Source of the DNA: Lobosporangium transversale
Lineage: Eukaryota
Direction of reading: 5' to 3'
Length of the DNA stretch: 64,000 nt
Assembly (NCBI RefSeq): GCF_002105155.1
Contig: NW_019029017.1
Location: forward strand, 310,001 to 374,000
Under the pieces are notes generated by a model. The model saw only the letters and a program-made list of their open reading frames with translations, was not told the origin of the DNA and searched no databases. A program made the position numbers and the translations under genes. Positions 12,152 to 26,091 of the stretch are shown here, piece by piece (positions within the stretch are counted from its first letter, which is position 1; every line of letters starts with the position of its first letter).

Positions 12152-14982
12152 CAAGAACCTTGTTTAGCGTTTGAAGGTAAGGTGCCAAGGGGTACTGAGA
12201 GCCAAGAGCGATTTGTAACTTGTTTTGTAGGTTTAGGTTGCCATGAAGAGATTCAACCAACTCCTTAAATATCATTGAACATGGCGTAAGATCGATCCGA
12301 CTGTAGCCTGTAAAGATCGCCAGATTTTCGTTCCAATCCTTGTGTGCAGCGCACAGAGCAATCCACATGGCCTACAGCGAGCACAGTTTTCATTTAGAAG
12401 CTTTAGATCTGTAACAAAAATCCTTGTTGTGAGCGTAATAGAAAGGAAAAAAAAAAAAAAAGGCGCTACTAACTTACAGATGCTGCAATCTGTGACGTAT
12501 TGTAGTCGAGGAACTTGCTGGAAAGCAGACTGATATCGCAAAGGAACTGAAGATAAACCATAAGATAAGCACTTGAGTCGTATCGAATGCCTGACAGCAC
12601 AAAGTATTTCTATTCAGGAATGCATGTAAGGCTTACATCGAACAGCGCAGAAACCTCAGGTAGGGCGGGGACAGCACGCTTAAAAAAATCCGCAAACCCT
12701 GTGGCACTGGCCACCAAAATTTCAAACTTGAGTGCGACAAGAATAGCCAACTCGGTTTTCGCAAGGTGTTTACTTGTGTAAAAATTACAGAATATTAGGC
12801 AACGTTCAACATTGACAGCACAAGCGGTTTCATCCAGTTTGCTACAAGACATTAAGAATACACAATACTTTAGTAAGATAGGCGATAAATGCATCTAAAG
12901 GATCAATAGAACGTAGAGTTTAAAGCCGCACATCTATACCCTGCAATCATGCTAGCACAAATTCCAATAGCCTGAAGATCCTCCACTGTGCATTCCGAGC
13001 CTTTGGCGATCAGATACCGATCCATTATATGAACTAGAAGATCCGAGGCGGTTGGTTAAATAGACAACGAAAATGTATACAAATGATGCTCATTCCATCA
13101 CTTATGACAGTTAGACATCTTACTAGCAGCATGAACAGTGGATCGTTGATAGTCGAATTCACGGTAACAGATCCCAATAACCCAAAGAACAAGAGCTTGT
13201 CGGTCGATACTGAAAGTTGAATCCGGCGCCATGTACATGTACCGATCGTACCGTGACTAAGGTGCGCATGGATTGTTAGTAATATGTTTAAGACGAGATT
13301 GAAGGCAGCAATATTATACGTATCCTATATGTATCAACTGAGGACTAATTGGGATCCTTACCTCGATCTCGAGTAAATAATTGAACGCATCATTGCAGTA
13401 CTCATTCCAATAATAATGGCACATTGGAAAGGGATCTACAATCAACAGCCGTGGCCGACTTGTGGCTGGCAGATAAAGAAAAAACAGCAGTATAATTCGG
13501 TGTCAGCCAAATTCGCAATATTACAAAATACGACCATTATGAATTCAATTGTAAAAAAAGGCATGTACTCTTTCGGGGCCGCCTGGTCATTAATGGGCCT
13601 AATGGAATGGTGTAAGAAGCCAATATGTGATTTTCGGACTCTGTTTCATTTTCCGCCTCTTTTGGATCTGAAGGCTAAGGAAAGGCAGGGAACGAGCATT
13701 GACGTGAGCAAATGCAAAAGTAGAAAGAATATGGACCACTTCCTACGCCACACATGCACGCGTATACTAAAACAATATTAAACAATGGTCATGAAGAAAG
13801 AGAAGTGAAAACAACACGTCATCCTCAATTGATGGCTTTAGAGGATAAAATCCGTTGTTCAACGGACTTGGTATCCGATTAAAAAATAAATCCAAGACAA
13901 CGATACGAGAATGCGCCAGACGACCGAATATAAACATATTCACACATGTATACAATAGATTTGTACAGTAGACACTCAGGTATCTAAAACAATACAGAGC
14001 TTCAACTCACCCCTGGTGTACTATCAACTATCGTTTCGGTGAAGCCAGGTTGGGGCGATTGTCGTCCTTTCTTGATAGGGGTCCGAAGGATGGATTCATT
14101 CAGATTATGACATGTCGTGAGAGTGTGAGGCATACTGGTGCCACTACCTTCGGATTCCGACTCTTTCTCCAAATCTGGTTTGTTCTTGGGATCAATTTCT
14201 ACTTTTTTGGAGATTTCGTCTGCTATCATCGACATGGTCGAGCGTCTTTGAAGACGAGGTCTAGGACGAGCACCCCATGATACACTACGAGCATTACGGC
14301 CGACTATCCCTCGGGATTCGCTTTTTGGTCGTTTATTGCTTTCTAGTTCCTGTGGATCATCATCTGAGCTCTGCCAAAAAGACATGTCGGGGCGTCGCGG
14401 ATCCGAGCTCTGAGACCACTGACTTGCCTCTTTGTGTCGACCCATAAATTCATCCATTGAGCTAAGTTCTGATGCACCAAGAAGCGGGCGTATTGATGGG
14501 TTTGGTGAGGAGTGGGTTTGTTCGTGCTCTTGACTGTGAAGCCGCCGAGGAAGAGGGCTTTGAGCGCCGCGTTTTGGGGTCTCCGTCGGAGTTATAGCAG
14601 AGCTAGAGGTCCCTGATACAGCCGGCTCATGAATCGGATCATCAAACGTAACGCAGGAGGCAGGATTGGTATCAGAGGAGATTGTAGAGATTTGTTTTAG
14701 AGAATCACTGACAAAAGGAAAGGAAGATTTATTCCTGTCTAGAAGGGTTGAGGAAGTGCGTTGTAGACAAGGAGATATCCTGGAGGCAGTACAGCTGATG
14801 ATATCGATGGATGGTGACAAGGAAGGAGAGAAAGACCTCTCAGGTGGGGTCAACAGCGGCCTAGACAGCCGATTAGTACTGGACAATGGAATGTCATTCT
14901 GGAGGCAATCACCTGAGGTTGTCATGATGACTCGGTTGTCCTTGTCACCAATGCTGATGTTATTATGGACGAGATCAGACAT
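12144..14982 (-). CDS. Divergent A/B-type cyclin, about 636 aa, with a long Ser/Pro-rich N-terminus
   Basis: Exons 14982-14011, 13674-13569, 13465-13362, 13256-13124, 13033-12940, 12841-12637, 12546-12478, 12371-12144; all GT-AG with consistent phases. Cyclin box EYCNDAFNYLLEIE..DRQALVLWV..HAAIHIMDRYL..DLQAIGICASMIAGKLDE..HLAKTELAILVALKFEI; C-terminal fold FLCDISLLSSKFLDYNTSQIAASAMWIA..WNENLAIFTGYSRIDLTPC. Confidence 0.85.
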
Positions 14983-17322
14983 ACTCTCTGACAAAGACGA
15001 TTCCCCTGATTGCGAGCACAAGCCCAAAGTCGCCGAACTATGCTTATGTTGTAACAGAATGACGGGAGTGTAGATGCTTGGAATGAGGGATGAAGTCGAA
15101 GAAGTAAAGCTGTGAAGGATTGATGACAGAACAAGCTAATGACCAATGAGTGTAAGAAAAAAAAGCGCTGTCCGTCAGGGCATAAACAGAATGAGGGAAC
15201 TACCTCGGCCTGTTGCCACCTAAAGCGACTTCTTTCAGGAGACGAGAAGGGGTAGTAAAAAAAAAAAAAAATCGCAATAGTAGCTAGCACAGGGGAGAAA
15301 GTAAAAGAGTGGATGAAACAGAAGGTTGTCACAATTCGTGACAATGGTTGGTTGTGTTGAGTTAGTGAAACAATATTATCATGATAGTCCTGTTTAATCT
15401 AAATGAGAGTAGCTCATGGATATCATGTTGCAATAGAGCTCTTGTAGTTACTGTAGTGTATAGGATAGTATTAAAAAAAAAAAAAAAAAAAAAAAAATAG
15501 GAAGGCAGATACAGATTATACACCTAGAATAGGGTTCCAGATGGGACAGGCGGAAGCACGGTTAGGTGTGGACCTTGTGTAGTGTGGCCATCTATTACAG
15601 GTTGGGATGGATTCATTTCAATTGAATCGTTGGTTATTCATGAATCTTTCTTTTCAACGGGAACACCAATATCTGTATTTTATTTTGTAAAGACAGAACG
15701 TAATAAGAGCAGGTTTCTGCAATCCCACATGGCTCGATCTTAATTCATCAATGCCACGCGCTACTTTTGCCTGAAATGGTAAATTAATCATCACATGCAT
15801 CTCAAGACGCGCTTGTTTATGGACGCCACCAAATTTAGACAAGTATTTTTCTTGTTGCTGCTGTCTTTTTGAGTTATGTTGTAACATTGAAGCGCTTGGC
15901 TCATGAGATACAATGGGATCTGTAAACTGGCTCTGGTCGTGATCTCAAGTAGGATCTGGAGAGGAACGAAATCATGCCAGTAGCATTTTTATTTTAGGTC
16001 ACAAGCTTACGAAGAGCCCCGATATGGTAATAAATACCCATTTTCCCTTTTCTTCCTTATTTCCTTTGCTGGCCTACTTGTCCTCCTTCATTTGTGGTGC
16101 ATCTATATCATTTATATTGTCATTGCGTCTTTTTTTTACCCTTCTTTTTCTTCTCATTAAAAATATTGAAGTATGCGCACGGAGAGGCTCTTCAGATTAT
16201 AAATTAATCATGAGCTCTGGCGTGGCTTACTTTCATCATTTACAATCATCTCTTCCGTAAAAGCGGACCAGCGGACCCTGCATTACCCCCCGTTTCATTA
16301 ATACCTTCCAACCTAACTACAAGTAACGATGATAGTGCTTAGGAACCTCCCTAACGCTACTAAATCCTTCAGTTTTCCATGGTGATATATTCGTTAATGC
16401 ATGATTACGTTGCCCCATTCGACCCACCACAACAGACAAAGCCATCCGATGTGATCCTCACAGGCAATTTTGTCATTTCATGTATAGGCCTATTGAGGTT
16501 TGAAATCGGTTATTTCCGGCTACAATAAACGCGCCGTATCGGACGCTCTTCGTTACCCCAACTTCTAGTCGGAAATGATTGTGGCTAATTACCAATATGA
16601 TAGTAACCAAAAAAGAAAATGAGGGAGTTTATTATATTAGTCGCAAACCCCAGTGTCCCAGCTCTTTATCACACAGCTAACGCTGTCTATAACAACGTTC
16701 GCGGTCCCAATAGCCTTCCCACAAGCACCTTACTCTACATTCCTAGCACAAATTCTTTTGGATACCACACCTCTGTATAAAGACATTCTTCCGCAAAATG
16801 AATCGAAACCATCATGAGCTATTTATTGATGATATATTTGCTCATCCGACATAAAAAAAATAAAAATAAAACAAAGTAAAAGAAAGCTTGACGGCTGTAG
16901 TTTGCGTCGCTAACCAAACACTGTGAGATTCGTTCTCATGGATACTACTATCTTGTTATATATGATAACACAGCCTATCCCACCCTTACTCTTGCACCAT
17001 ACATCATTTATTTTATTCAGCCTCTAAGAAAATATTCTTTTCGCTTTTTACTTTTCTTTGCCATGTCTACTTGGCATGTTAATAATGTCTACATGTAAGC
17101 TTTTTTTTTTTTTTTTTTTTTTTTTGTCGAAAGGATGGGGAGCATGTAAAGGGCTGTTCTGTGAAATCAGCTGAAAAGAGCCCAAATGCATTGAGTGTCA
17201 TTGTGATCATGCCTAAATGTTGTTTATCCAGCGACTATGTTGAATATAAAAAAAAAAAGGTTAACAATGCGCAGCAAGGCAATGCAATAGGTACATCCAC
17301 AAAAATACCTAAAAAGAGAAAA

Positions 17323-20300
17323 TCATAATATACCTGAGCTAACAATTTCATCAGCCTTCCGCAAAGCCTCAATCATCTTTTTACATTCTTTGCGCCGATT
17401 TTGCGTAAGCTCGCTCTCCTTCAGCAGCTCGTCCAAGACGTCTGTCTTGTATAGCTCTTGCAATAACTCCCGCTGAAGTTCTTCTTTGGCGTTGTTGACC
17501 AACTTGAGCATAATGGCTTTGGGAACAGTATCAATCACAGTCCGTTTCACAATATTGAAATAGGATGAAATAAGCAGCTCTTTGAAGGAGAAAGAAATAA
17601 AAAAAAAACATCGTGTTATGTTTGACTTATTTTGTGTCTCTCCAATTGGACAAACATCGCTGTCTCAGAACTACATTATCCATCATAACAACAATAAAGT
17701 ACTTACTGATCACCTCCGTCTCAATCTGCTCACGCTCAGACAAATTTCCAGATGCCTTGAGGATAGCTGGTGGCTATTTAATAAGAACAAATACAAAATA
17801 AACATTAGCAAAGAAAGAAAAAAAAATCGTATAATACCTATCAGCACATACAAATTCATGTTTAAACTCGAGGCAGTGATAATTCCATGAATGCGCTAAG
17901 CAAAAATTCAGGCAGGTTCTTACAGGCTCCATAACAGAAGAACGCTTTTTCTTGCCAGAGAAAAAACTCCCAAAAAAGCCGTTGTTCGTAGGCTCAGGCT
18001 CAAGGCTTGGAGGCAAGCTCGCTAGCGTAGAATTACGGTTCTTGGGATCAACGGGCTGAGGATTCTTAGCTTGATTCATACGTTCGTTGATTACAGCCAT
18101 AGCCTTATGTCCATTTAGAAAATCAGGATGACCGGTGTTGATATAGCAAGATTCCATTCTATTAGTTTTGAAGGGAAAAAAAAAATATTAAAAAAAATTC
18201 ATCGCAGTACATTAGAAAAGATACACATAGATCACAAAATCAAAACCAGTCGTAGTCTGTGGTGTAGACCTACGCAATTAAGTCCTGGACAAGCTTGTTG
18301 GTAGGGTCCAATCGTTTACGGAAGAAATTGATGACAACCTGGTAAAAGCGGTCTTTGAGTTGAGGGAATCGCTTGAACAACTAAAAGGATAATGTAAATG
18401 ATTAAAGTTAATCATAGTTTTAATTATATGATTCTTCACGGGGTTAATTAAAAAGACCGTACCTGTTTCGATAGAAGCTGTGTCAAAATGCGAACCAATT
18501 CATCAAAGACCAAGTTAACACAACGCAGACTGGGATCCTCCAAGCGTCTGATCTGCTGCTTGATGATGACCTCAAATGCTGTGGTGCCAACGAAGAGGGC
18601 AGGAGAAGAACCCTATTGTAAATGTAACAGTAGAGCATTTAGTATTTAAGCGATCCATTAGGTTGTCAATATATTGCCTTGCCTTCAATTTCCAAAGCCT
18701 CAAAACTTACAGATGAGTTGTAGAGGATAGTACGAATGTCAACATCCTTGACTTGGTCAAATGGGTCAAGCGATTTGACTCCGTTAGAATAAAGCTCATG
18801 AAAGACAAAGCTGATACGGGCTCCACCGGAGAGCTCAAAAGATGACAGATCAGTCGAGTTCCCATCAATTATAGTGCGAAACTCTGTACAGAATTCAGTG
18901 ATGATGTTGAGAACAATATTGGCCTGTCCCGCTCCTTCCAAAACGCCGTCGCCGAGTGTGGCAAGTTCTGCAAGGTATTTTGCCAATGCTGCCTGGATCT
19001 TCGCCTTGATCTCAGGCAAAGTATTCTTGATATGATGCATTAGAATCTAGCCAGAGTCAAAGGAAAGAAGCGTGTTTCTTAACGGGCTAGCCAATATCAA
19101 CTTTATACAACCGCATCTTCCCATAACCTCGTCATGAACCCTGCCTTACCATGTTCAACTTTCGGGCAAGATAAGGAGTGCCACAGTACTGAGCCTTACT
19201 CTTATATGCAGGGTGGTTTTCAAAGAAAGAGCGTTCAGCATCAAGTGACCGGCTGATAGATTTTTTAGTATCAATATCACGTTGGCCGCGGTTGACAACG
19301 GGAACATATCCGAGACGAAGTGGAATCACACGACCAGCCAAGATATCTACAACATCCGTCCCGGCATCCCTATGACAAAGTGAGTGACAATGAAAGATCA
19401 TTTAGATTGATGATATAGCATAAAAAAAAAAAAAAAAAAAAGAAATTGCCGTTGTTATTGCCTTACATCAAATCGATTTTAGTCAGGACTCCGATAGTTC
19501 TTGCTCCTTCAGGGTCAACATCACGAGCAAGGCGAAGTCCATCTGAATTGGCGAGATCAACGTTGGCGGCAGTCACTGCGAGAATAATAGAGTTGGGTTT
19601 TGTGATGTATTTGATAATCATATCTCTAATCTGCCTCTCAATATCTTTCGGTTGATCTCCAACAGGGAGCTATTGTATTTGGAGTATTTGTATTAATGGA
19701 TGAAGGCCGAGAAAATTAGCAAGTGAGCTATAGGCTGATGCAAATTTGCTAAAATGACGGGGCTCCGGTAATTGTTGAACAGTTGATGCATACTTTGGTC
19801 AATCCCGGCAAGTCAACAAGAGTCAAGGTCAAGACATGAGGAGAATAAATACGGAGATTAATTGGAAGAGGGGAAATTCCTAATTATGGCACAGTGCATA
19901 GTAGAGAGAGAAAAACTATTTAATCCTGTCCACTTCCAAAATTCATTGGCAATGACTCTGCGAAGACAATGAAAAATTATTTTAGTCATACCTGCATTTT
20001 TCCCAGTCTTCGCTTCAGTATCGCGAATGATTTCCTCACGGATCAAGTTAAAGTCTGTGTACTTGACACCAGGTTGGTGCAAAAACTCACCCCATTCTTC
20101 AGGCTCCTTCTTTTCATCCTGAACTTCTTTGTCTTCTAGATGAGAGTAATTAAAATTAGACAGGCAAACAAGCAAGAATTGAAAGTTTCCAATAATTTGT
20201 CAGCTTGAGTGGTCACTAGACTAAAAAACCCACATAGTGAACGTGATTGACCAAATCACATGAATCCAGGCACGCATTCACATACAAGAGCATCCCTTTC

Positions 20301-20807
20301 TTCCATCCCCTGAAATGAATATGGCATTTTGCGTTCATTCCCAAATTCAGCCTCCGAAATACAACTGTATCAGAGTAAGCAGAAAATCTAATGGTTCCAT
20401 TAGTGCATATGGAGACTTGCCTTTATCTTTATCAACCTCCTCTCCATTGACAGTAGGCGTTGGTCGGTTAATCAATTGAAGTACCTGTGAAGCAAAAAAG
20501 GTACATTGATGAGTGATATGCAGCACATGAATGAATGAGGGCCAAAGCGTGCTTAGAGATGGAGACTGTGGCTCTTTTTATTGCCCGCCGTTAGCCATTG
20601 GTGGTACGTTACCAAAGGTCGACGAGTCACAATGCCAGAGCCACGAGGTAAGAAATCGCGCCCGACAATATTTTCAAGAACAGAGCTCTTTCCAGATGAC
20701 TGAGAGCCAATGACAACGATCTGAGGCAGGTCTACCGGATTGTGTACGCCAACAGTTGAGAAAGCGTCCTGTAGTTTGTTGATGGTCCTGATTAACGTGG
20801 CATCCAT
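17323..20807 (-). CDS. VPS1: Dynamin-like GTPase Vps1
   Basis: [39 protein letters not shown] (G1/G2), [37 protein letters not shown] domain [28 protein letters not shown]; multi-exon. Confidence 0.95.
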
Positions 20808-21658
20808 GGCTAAGTAGTTGAACAGAGGATGGAATGTCTTGACAGCTGATAGGTGAGAAGAAAGAGAAAAAATGTCCTTATGCTGTGAATGCTTTTATTT
20901 ATGTTAATGCCAAGCAAGGATGAAGAAAACCAAGGTCGACAGGGTGACCGATGCGCAAAGCAGAGCAAAGCCAAGAAAGGAGAAAAGGGACGACGTGGGA
21001 GAAGGAGAGAATAGCACAAACGGACACCCAAAAAGGTAAATCGCACGTATAACGCACGTGTACAATGGTGCACAAATCTGACACAACGTCGCGCCACCAA
21101 AACGAAGTATGTAAGAGAAGGTAGCATTTAACATGGGTTTCGTTTAAGGTGATCTGAATGTAGTTTTAGACACAGTGTTTAATCATGGCTTCAATTCAAG
21201 AGTAGGAGCAAAGTGTAGGTGTAACCTTTTGTATACGATCGATAGTCATTTCAAGTGATGTCTTCAAAGATGAGTACATTTTTCATGAGTTTGTCCCCTG
21301 CTGGTACCCCAGAACATCATTAAAGTTATTATCCAAGTCATATATAAATATGAAATATGGTCCTCTGAGAACACCAACACAGGGTCTGCCAATGATCCTA
21401 AAAGTAAAATTACTTGAAAATGGCTATCATCGCACAGAGCTTTACTTACAAAGATACAAAAAAAGATGGATCAGGAAATGTAGCCTATTGAAAATGTAGA
21501 AGCTGTGTTTCCCCTGTTTTTGACCTTACACTAATTATTTGTTACAAAATATATTGTGATGAATCACCATATTCATCCAATCCATCCCATCATTCGTCAT
21601 CTCACGATTTCTTTATCACGTTCATATTCTCTTCATTGCCATTGCCATCTGTTGGAGG

Positions 21659-23404
21659 ATGCTCTTGATGGACTGGCCTCTGCCTTGGCGACTCCGGCTC
21701 CTGCTCCGCCGCAAGTTCCGTCGCATCAGGGCAACCTTCAGATTGCGTCCACGCAGAAATGTGCTCTTGGTGTTGATTACCTTGTTCATCCTATTTCAGC
21801 TCATTTTTAGAACCGCACATCGCTACACCATCATCGACGAACGATGGCGTAAACTGCAGAAGTATTCCAAACCCGGCATTCTAGGTGCGCCTTCCAACAT
21901 CATCTTGAATACGAAAGAAGATATTAAAGTCCAGCTTTGTAGTGCAGAAACCATGCTTTGTTCAACGTGGGAGAGGGATCGCATATGGCAAGGCGAAGAG
22001 TTAAAGAGAGATGAGGCATGGTTGGTATCTGGTGAAATTAGAGTCCCTATTGGTGTACAGGCTGTCTTAACCTTGCAAGATGGGCGAAGACGAACACTTC
22101 GGTATGGTCACCACAAATGCGACCACGCAACTCTAAACTGCAAGGAGATAGGAACAATGATTGTCCAAGGTAAAGTTAATGACTTGATTTCCAAAAAAAA
22201 AAAAAAAAAAAAAAAATACTGTTTTTCATAAATTATTACAACATGTCTGTATTAATAGGGAGCATCATGTCAGCCATTGACAGGATATTGGAATCATGCT
22301 CAAGTAAGCAATGGATCACGGAGCCCGCCATTGTCCATACAATACAATCTAAAAAATCATTCAGCCCAAGGGACGTGACAATGATTGCACAGTTCTCCAT
22401 CAGCCGTCTTGACCGCTTTGAACGGGCTAGAGCAGTTTGGGAAGGACCTATCTCTGTTGTCATGTATGGCAATTGTTTATCCATAATATTTTGTATTTGG
22501 CACATCATATCAGAATCTGATGTTGAGAAAAATACACCAGATATTAATTAGTTTTACCACTGTCTACAGCTTCCTAGCGTCCAATGTGGACATTTTTGAA
22601 CTTCAAAAGTATTTCGAGCGGCCTGGCAAGTTGGCATTATACGAATCAATTACATTAACGATCGTCAAGCCTAATTTCTCGCTTGAAACACACAAACGAT
22701 ATCCAATCAATCATCTCAGAAACATCGGTATTCAAGCTGCCAACACTGACTATATCTATGTGATTGACGCGGATTTCGTGCCCTCATCAAAGCTATACGA
22801 CTTTGCGCGTACAACTATTATCCGACTCCTGGAATCAGCCCAATATCCGACGGCATATGTAGTTCCATGCCTTGCAATTAAGGAGGAATTCAATGGCAAA
22901 TATCCAGACACAATTAAGGAGCTTCAGCCTTTAATGAAGTCTGGCATGGCATATATCACTGATCCCAGAGCAGGCCATGGACCTACTTTCACTTCGATCT
23001 TCATGAATCCGCCAATTTTCGGGAGTTCACCGGCGTATGAAGTCTGCTACGAGTCTCAATGGGAACCTTACTATATTGTTCGTCGAGAAGCGCCTCATCC
23101 TTACTATGATGAGCGATTCAAAAATCAGGGCGCAGATAAGCAAAGCCACGCGCTTTTAATGAACGCCATTGGCTTCAAGTTCATGGTCCTCCGTGACCAT
23201 TTCATGTATCATATGGACCATGCAAAGCTCGTTTGGACAGGAGATGGGCTGGACAAGCATTTTCAGAAGGATTTCACCTATTTTAAAGATTATTCGCCTG
23301 CTTTGAGACGTATTTTTGGAACCAATTATCGGTGGCCAAAAGGGTGCTCGCAGCCATTGGTTCAGTCTTTCAAGCGCGATCTTCAAGGAATAGGAACCAT
23401 GTAA
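21659..23404 (+). CDS. GT49-family (LARGE/B4GAT1-like) glycosyltransferase, type II membrane protein
   Basis: N-terminal TM (NVLLVLITLFILFQLIF); DVTMIAQFSISRL..WEGPISVVI, YPINHLRNIG, YVIDADF (DxD), WEPYY, YDERFKNQGADK; three exons. Confidence 0.85.
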
Positions 23405-23725
23405 TATTAGCTCTTTCTTTTCTTTTCTTTTTCTTTTTTTCCTCTTTTCTTGCCATACTCTTTTTCGTTCCTTTGTAATCGCTTTATTTTATTTGTTTTA
23501 TTCTTTTTATAGCCCTTGTATTTTACACCCCTTTTTCTTTGCCTGCATAGCATAAAGTACACTGTACATTGGTACATGAGAAAATTTTCTAAATAAAAAA
23601 AATAAAAAAAAGGTGTGAGTCTATAGATCTTCAACCCAGAGTGGAATTATGTATGTGACGATGTGCTTAGAATCAGATAACAATTGCGTTGCAGGTTTAT
23701 TGTCTATTTTTGGATCTTCTGAATA

Positions 23726-24690
23726 TGAATAAAGGTAATTACTCTGGAAAGTATGTCCTTACTAGGACTCTCACAACCGGCGGCTACCAAATCGCTCACG
23801 CCCTAAACAAGCTCTCCTGCTACATCTCAAAGAAATTTTCTTAGCAATTCCACGAAATCCAGGCTGAAGTACCTTCAAACCCTGATTCCTGGTGAGGGAT
23901 GTCTATCATAAGGATTTCCGGGCCAATCTAGCCATGTCATCCTTGTCATTGATCCTGGTATCAAGAACACCGCAACTGCTGTCATTGTGGCCATTCTTCT
24001 GCCTCAAACATCGTCACGGAGCCTGTTCTTTTCCAAAGGTTGTCACAATTGGAACTAAAAGGAGCTCAAAGATTTTGAAACGGTTGAGAGTATGATGAAC
24101 ACCAATGGTATACAAGCAAGGGTCCTCTCCTTAAACTGTTGCAATCTAAAGAAAAATGAATTGGATCAACAATCCAAGATTCACAAATAATAAAGGCCCT
24201 TCGATCTCGCTTGTGTCCGTCGAGGAATATTTAAGGTCGTTTTATGGATCGCCAGTGTCAAAAATTGATAGATACAGAGCAGAGCAAGGAGAGAAAGCTG
24301 AAGTTAGAACAGTACATGGAGTGTTGAAGGCCATCCGAGGAAAAGCGAAACTTGATATGGAAGGGCAATGGCAACTTCAAGGGTAGGAAAGGCGCGGGTG
24401 TTAGGACCATAAAGTTTACCTCGACCCTGAAAAATCGGGCCTTTTTTTTTAATAGTCGCGGCCTAGATATAGAAGTAGTTCGAATGTGTGTTGACGAATT
24501 CAGGGCCTCAATATTTTGCTGCGCTTGTCACGAGAGAATGAAACGAAAGGTCGATCTTACATTTGCTCAAATTAGTCCGAAGCATGATAAAAAAGGCTCA
24601 GTGCGGTCATGACCACAATACTGGCCAGAACATGGCCATACAGCCCTTCAGTGGATAAAAAATTTCAGTAGCCTATTGTGTTAGATAGAA
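23726..24690 (+). mobile_element. Decayed Fanzor/TnpB-like RuvC nuclease ORF (relic 1)
   Basis: In order across frameshifts and stops: KYVLTRTLTTGGYQI (TDG-like), HVILVIDPGIKNTATAVIV (RuvC-I, DPG at 23951-23959), LRSFYGS..KIDRYRAEQGEKAE, GNGNFKGRKG, CVDEFRASIFCCAC (RuvC-II plus Zn finger), GRSYICSN, HDHNTGQNMA (RuvC-III). Confidence 0.75.
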
Positions 24691-26091
24691 TAGCGCATAT
24701 ATATGGCTCTGAGGGTAATCGAATTGCATTGCAGTTCTTGCAGGTCGTTTATAACTAGATAACAGAGCTATAAACAACGCACGCCATTTTAAATAAAGCT
24801 TCTTCAACAACGTGTGTTCAAGATATCCTGCTTGGTGGCTGTACTGTAACCAGATTCGCGTGACAGGCTTGCTGCATTTGGCATGTCCCAGATACTTAGA
24901 TCCATAATATAACTTGAGTTTCCTTCAATTTACAATTCGGTTCTTCTAAGAAACACGCTCTTAACTAAATGCTCTTTGGGACGCGGTACGCACGTCTTCT
25001 CAGCTTACTCTAAGCCTAGATCGGTGTATAATTAAACGTTCCTTCGGTTTACTAAGGATATGAACAGACAGAAGTGAGAGTTAGCAATCAGGGAAAGAAA
25101 GAGCAGACAAGTTGATCATTTTATCACATATTGAGGTTCTGTGAGTAAGAGAGCTATGAATGTTTAGACTGGATTGGCTAAGTGGATTCTCAGATTACTT
25201 ATCAACGCCATCACAACGTCAAAGCCTAAAACGTCATAGAATCGTGCGTGTAAGACTTTCCTAACACACAACATCACAGTGCGTAGAACCACTGTCGGCC
25301 CTCTTCATAGTGTAAGCTGCACTGATGATGAATTTGCCAGTCCAAAGATAGGAGACAAGAGGGATGAGTTATGGAGCCACACATCATTAAAGTATTTATT
25401 CATTATCTAATCACACAGCTCTGGAGCCGTTATTAATAGGCAGCTTTATGGATGATCAAAACCGTTCAAGATGAAGAACACGATAAATGTATAATAGTAT
25501 AAATGGTGGTAGCCCATCGCTGACGTCATTTGCCTATTGTATCACCAAAAGCAATCTCTAGTAGGAATTCGATTATTGTCTGTGGTGTTGTTTTAGTCGA
25601 CCGCAAACAGACAGAAACCCCAAGATTGCGTTGTTGGAGAATGATTGATATCAACAATTCCACACTCTACATTCTACATCTACATTCTACATTCTTTCAT
25701 TTACCTTTATCTTCTTTTTGTCATTTATGAATGTATGCGCCTGCTTCTGTATTGCATTAACTCATTAGTCCATTTTCCCTATCACCACTAGGAATTTATA
25801 ATAGTTAGCATCGTATATAAGGGATTTGTCAACACAGATATTGCCTTTCATGGCCTCAGCTTACCACACACGCAAAGCAACGAGAGCAAATAATGTTTGA
25901 AAGGGGAAGTGCAAGACTATTCTGAATACAAGGCACAAATTCTTCGAACACCACAAAGTTCCTGCGGATGGAATTAATCATCACGCCCACAGGGATACAG
26001 ATAATTTTAGAATACTTTAATCGAGAGGCTAAACAAAATGAAACAAAAATATTTATATAAATGTATTTTTATATAATAGGAAGGTTGATAT

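Noticed and set aside
15350..17300. 2-kb gene-free interval between the cyclin and VPS1
   Set aside because: No recognisable protein motif, RNA gene or repeat found; treated as promoter plus 3'UTR.
24750..25080. Minus-strand fragments with an LRR/F-box flavour (HTLLKKLYLK)
   Set aside because: Too short and too interrupted by stops to assign.
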